From positions 1-64,000 of the IMG/VR virus record IMGVR_UViG_3300045988_131721: DNA of 64,000 bases, one strand, 5' to 3'. This DNA comes from a virus. The notes below the pieces were generated by a model. It saw nothing but the letters and a program-made list of their open reading frames with translations, had not been told where the DNA came from and did no database searches. The position numbers were made by a program, and so were the translations under genes. Shown here piece after piece: positions 61,414-64,000 of the stretch (the stretch's first letter is position 1; every line of letters begins with the position of its first letter).

Positions 61414-62442
61414 ATGAAAGAGTATTTAAAAAATAATCCAGAACAAATTGAAAAAATATTAAGTTATTACAATTATCATAGTATTAATATAACAGATAAA
61501 GAGATTAGGTGTGCAAAAGTAGGAGGAGATAACCCTAGTGGCTGGAGAATCAAATTAAATGATAATTTATCAGCTACAGACTTTACAACGTCTTATAACG
61601 GTGACCTATTCGGTTTAATAGCTACTCATACAGGTTTGACTTATAGAGAAGTTATCAAAACAATTACAATAATGTTAGGTAAGAAAATAGAAGGTAATTA
61701 TCAACCAGAGGAAGAGGTACTATTTGATGGTTTCTTCGATGACTTATATATTCCATATGAAGATGAAGAAAAGGAAGTGACTTATGACGAAAGTGTTTTA
61801 GATAAATATAATAATGGTTATAAATGGTTTAAACGTTTTGCAGATGATGGTATATTACCTTCAAGTCAGCTGAAATTCCAAATAGGATTCGATAAGGGGA
61901 GTAATAGGCTTATTATTCCTTGGAGGAATGAAAATGGAAAGCTAGTGGGGACTATGGGCCGTATAGATTCGGATGAGCCTACGAATTATAAATACCTTCC
62001 ACTTGTAGCATTCTCTAAGCACAAATTTCTATACGGCTTGTACCAAAACAGGACATACATCAAAGAAAGTAAGGAAGTGTTTATATTTGAAAGTGAGAAG
62101 AGTGTGATGCAATGTGATAGCTTTGGAGTGCATAATGCAGTCGCATTAGGCGGTAATAGTATTTCTACTACTCAAGTTGAAAAGTTATTAAAAATAGGAG
62201 TTGAACATTTTATAATCGCATTAGATGAAGGATTAGACACAGAAATAATTAAAAAAAATATTAAAACTATCAAATCATGTTGTTTTATGAGAGATATTAA
62301 AATAGGGTTTATTTTAGATAAAGACAATAAATATATGATGAAAGGTAGTAAGGTCTCGCCTACAGACCAAGGAGGGGAAATATTTAAAAAATTGATAAAA
62401 GAATGTTTAATAATTAATAAAGGGATGATGAAATATGAGTAG
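61414..62442 (+). CDS. Toprim-domain DNA primase
   Basis: Toprim signature VFIFESEKSVMQCDSFGVHNAVALGG and FIIALDEGLD. No canonical zinc finger seen. Confidence 0.55.
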   Translation: MKEYLKNNPEQIEKILSYYNYHSINITDKEIRCAKVGGDNPSGWRIKLNDNLSATDFTTSYNGDLFGLIATHTGLTYREVIKTITIMLGKKIEGNYQPEEEVLFDGFFDDLYIPYEDEEKEVTYDESVLDKYNNGYKWFKRFADDGILPSSQLKFQIGFDKGSNRLIIPWRNENGKLVGTMGRIDSDEPTNYKYLPLVAFSKHKFLYGLYQNRTYIKESKEVFIFESEKSVMQCDSFGVHNAVALGGNSISTTQVEKLLKIGVEHFIIALDEGLDTEIIKKNIKTIKSCCFMRDIKIGFILDKDNKYMMKGSKVSPTDQGGEIFKKLIKECLIINKGMMKYE

Positions 62443-63214
62443 AAAAACAACAGATAGAACTGGTGAGAAAAGATTAAACAACTTCGGGAGTGAAATGGTT
62501 ATCGTAGATTATAGAGGATGTATGGACGTTGATGTATACTTTCCAGAATACGATTGGGTTTATAAAAGTGTAACATATCAAAAGTTTAAAGACGGAGGTG
62601 TAAAATGTCCATATGAAAGAAGTGTATATGGGGTTGGCTATTTTGGGAATGGTGAATATAAAGCGTGGGAAAATGGTAAAAATACTAGAATTTATAATAC
62701 GTGGTATGACATGTTGAAAAGATGTTACGATAAAGAATATCATAAAAAACAACCTACATATAAAAATTGTACAGTTTGCGATGAATGGTTAAACTTCCAA
62801 AATTTTGCTAGGTGGTATGAAGAGAATTATTATGAAATAGAAGGTGAAGTAATGTGTTTAGATAAAGATATTTTATTTAAAGGTAATAAAATTTACAGTC
62901 CTGAAACTTGCGTAATTGTACCACAAGCTATTAATAAATTATTCACTAAGAGACAAAATGATAGAGGTGATTCGGCTATAGGTACGAGTCCTGTAGATGG
63001 TAAATATATGGTAAGATGTCACATGATTAATCCTAAAACTGGTAAATCTAAAAGAAAATATTTAGGAATTTATGATACTCAAGAGAAAGCATTTAAAATA
63101 TACAAGTATTACAAAGAAAAGAATATAAAAATGGTAGCAGATTATTTCAGAGAACAGATACCAGACAAATTATATGATGCACTATATAATTATGAAGTAG
63201 AGATAGATGATTAA
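62435..63214 (+). CDS. Homing-endonuclease-like protein, family A copy 3
   Basis: Overlaps the primase 3' end by 8 nt. A 15-mer core (62410-62421) and an SD are embedded in the primase coding sequence. AP2-like GKYMVRC...GKSKRKYLGIYDTQEKAFKIY. Confidence 0.6.
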   Translation: MSRKTTDRTGEKRLNNFGSEMVIVDYRGCMDVDVYFPEYDWVYKSVTYQKFKDGGVKCPYERSVYGVGYFGNGEYKAWENGKNTRIYNTWYDMLKRCYDKEYHKKQPTYKNCTVCDEWLNFQNFARWYEENYYEIEGEVMCLDKDILFKGNKIYSPETCVIVPQAINKLFTKRQNDRGDSAIGTSPVDGKYMVRCHMINPKTGKSKRKYLGIYDTQEKAFKIYKYYKEKNIKMVADYFREQIPDKLYDALYNYEVEIDD

Positions 63215-63238
63215 AAATAATTAATAAGGAGTGATTTT

Positions 63239-64000
63239 ATGAGTGAAAATAAAAAAGAGAAATATAGTTTTAGTAAACTTAGTTGTTATGGGAATTGTCC
63301 TAAAAATTATTATTTAACTTATATAGAACATGTTAAAAGAAGTCAAAATATTTATGGGAGTGCAGGTGGTGATGCTCACGAACTGGTACAAGCCCTAGAA
63401 ATAGGAGAAATGACAAATGAACAAGCCGTTGAAGAATGGGAATCAAAAATGGATATATATGAATTCTGTGGTGAAGCTAATTTTCCAACAATTAATGCTA
63501 AGAAAAATTATATAACAGATGTAACGGCTTATTTCAGAAATTTTAAACCAATACCTATAAATGGTAGGGAAGTATTAATAGAGAAGGAGTTTGAAGTTGA
63601 GATTGAAGGAATTATTATTCGTGGATTCGTCGATTTAACATTGATTGACCACAACAAAAAAGAGATTGAAGTGATTGATTATAAAACATCAAGCAAGAGT
63701 GGATTTACAAATAAAAATCTAATTAAAAAATGTTATCAATTGATTTTATATTCATTAGCATTACAAAAGTTATATCCAAATTATAAAATAGTTAGAAATG
63801 CCTTTGATATGTTGAAGTATGGAAAACATAAAGAGACAGGTAGAGTTAAGGAAAGAAAAGATATTCCACCAGGAAAAGAAAAAGAGTATGAACGTTATTT
63901 TATTGAAATACCATTTAATCAAGAAAATATAGACTTATTTAAAAAATTTGTAAATAAATCTATGGATGATATTAATAAGGCTAAAGAAGAAGATTTATGG
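63239..64000 (+). CDS. PD-(D/E)xK nuclease, Cas4/RecB-like (partial, runs off the window)
   Basis: N-terminal YSFSKLSCYGNCPKNYYLTY and the core GFVDL...IEVIDYKTS. No stop before 64000. Confidence 0.65.
   Translation, partial: MSENKKEKYSFSKLSCYGNCPKNYYLTYIEHVKRSQNIYGSAGGDAHELVQALEIGEMTNEQAVEEWESKMDIYEFCGEANFPTINAKKNYITDVTAYFRNFKPIPINGREVLIEKEFEVEIEGIIIRGFVDLTLIDHNKKEIEVIDYKTSSKSGFTNKNLIKKCYQLILYSLALQKLYPNYKIVRNAFDMLKYGKHKETGRVKERKDIPPGKEKEYERYFIEIPFNQENIDLFKKFVNKSMDDINKAKEEDLW

Overview
Very AT-rich (about three quarters A+T by eye), Clostridia-like, densely coding DNA that looks like the plasmid-maintenance, early and replication region of a large phage or phage-plasmid. No structural or lysis genes, tRNA, rRNA or CRISPR array were seen.

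Layout:
- 1-6.5 kb: a mostly minus-strand plasmid-type module. It holds a Rep_3 initiator with iterons, an FtsK-like translocase, a replication-relaxation protein and a duplicated two-gene cassette.
- 6.5-8.8 kb: a 2.3 kb non-coding hub with phased DnaA-box-like repeats.
- 8.8-64 kb: about 90 genes, all on the plus strand. These include many small acidic or zinc-ribbon ORFs, SprT-like proteases, a tyrosine recombinase, several Bro/Rha/KilAC-type proteins, two tandem small sigma factors and a pentapeptide-repeat protein. Also present are ParM/ParR, an ATP-dependent ligase, a DNA methyltransferase, a ClpP-like protease, a beta-CASP nuclease, two homing-endonuclease-like families and an SSB-like protein. 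The replication end carries a Sak4-like ATPase, a DHH phosphoesterase, an AAA+ ATPase, a GH13 hydrolase, a DnaB helicase, a Toprim primase and a Cas4-like nuclease.

Most unusual signals:
1. A strand-locked 15-mer, AAAATAATTAATAAA, sits at almost every gene junction (about 55 copies by hand count) and often supplies the stop codon, so many proteins end in KNN.
2. A second promoter-like family, TCATAGGTAATTTTT-N11-GTTAATA, has 10 strong copies and may be read by the phage sigma pair.
3. The first 20.5 kb is bracketed by about 1.8 kb inverted paralogous arms that end in an identical 42-bp core, next to a tyrosine recombinase.
4. A textbook A_AAA_AAG -1 frameshift site joins two ORF halves.

All functional calls rest on motifs read by eye. 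No database search was run.
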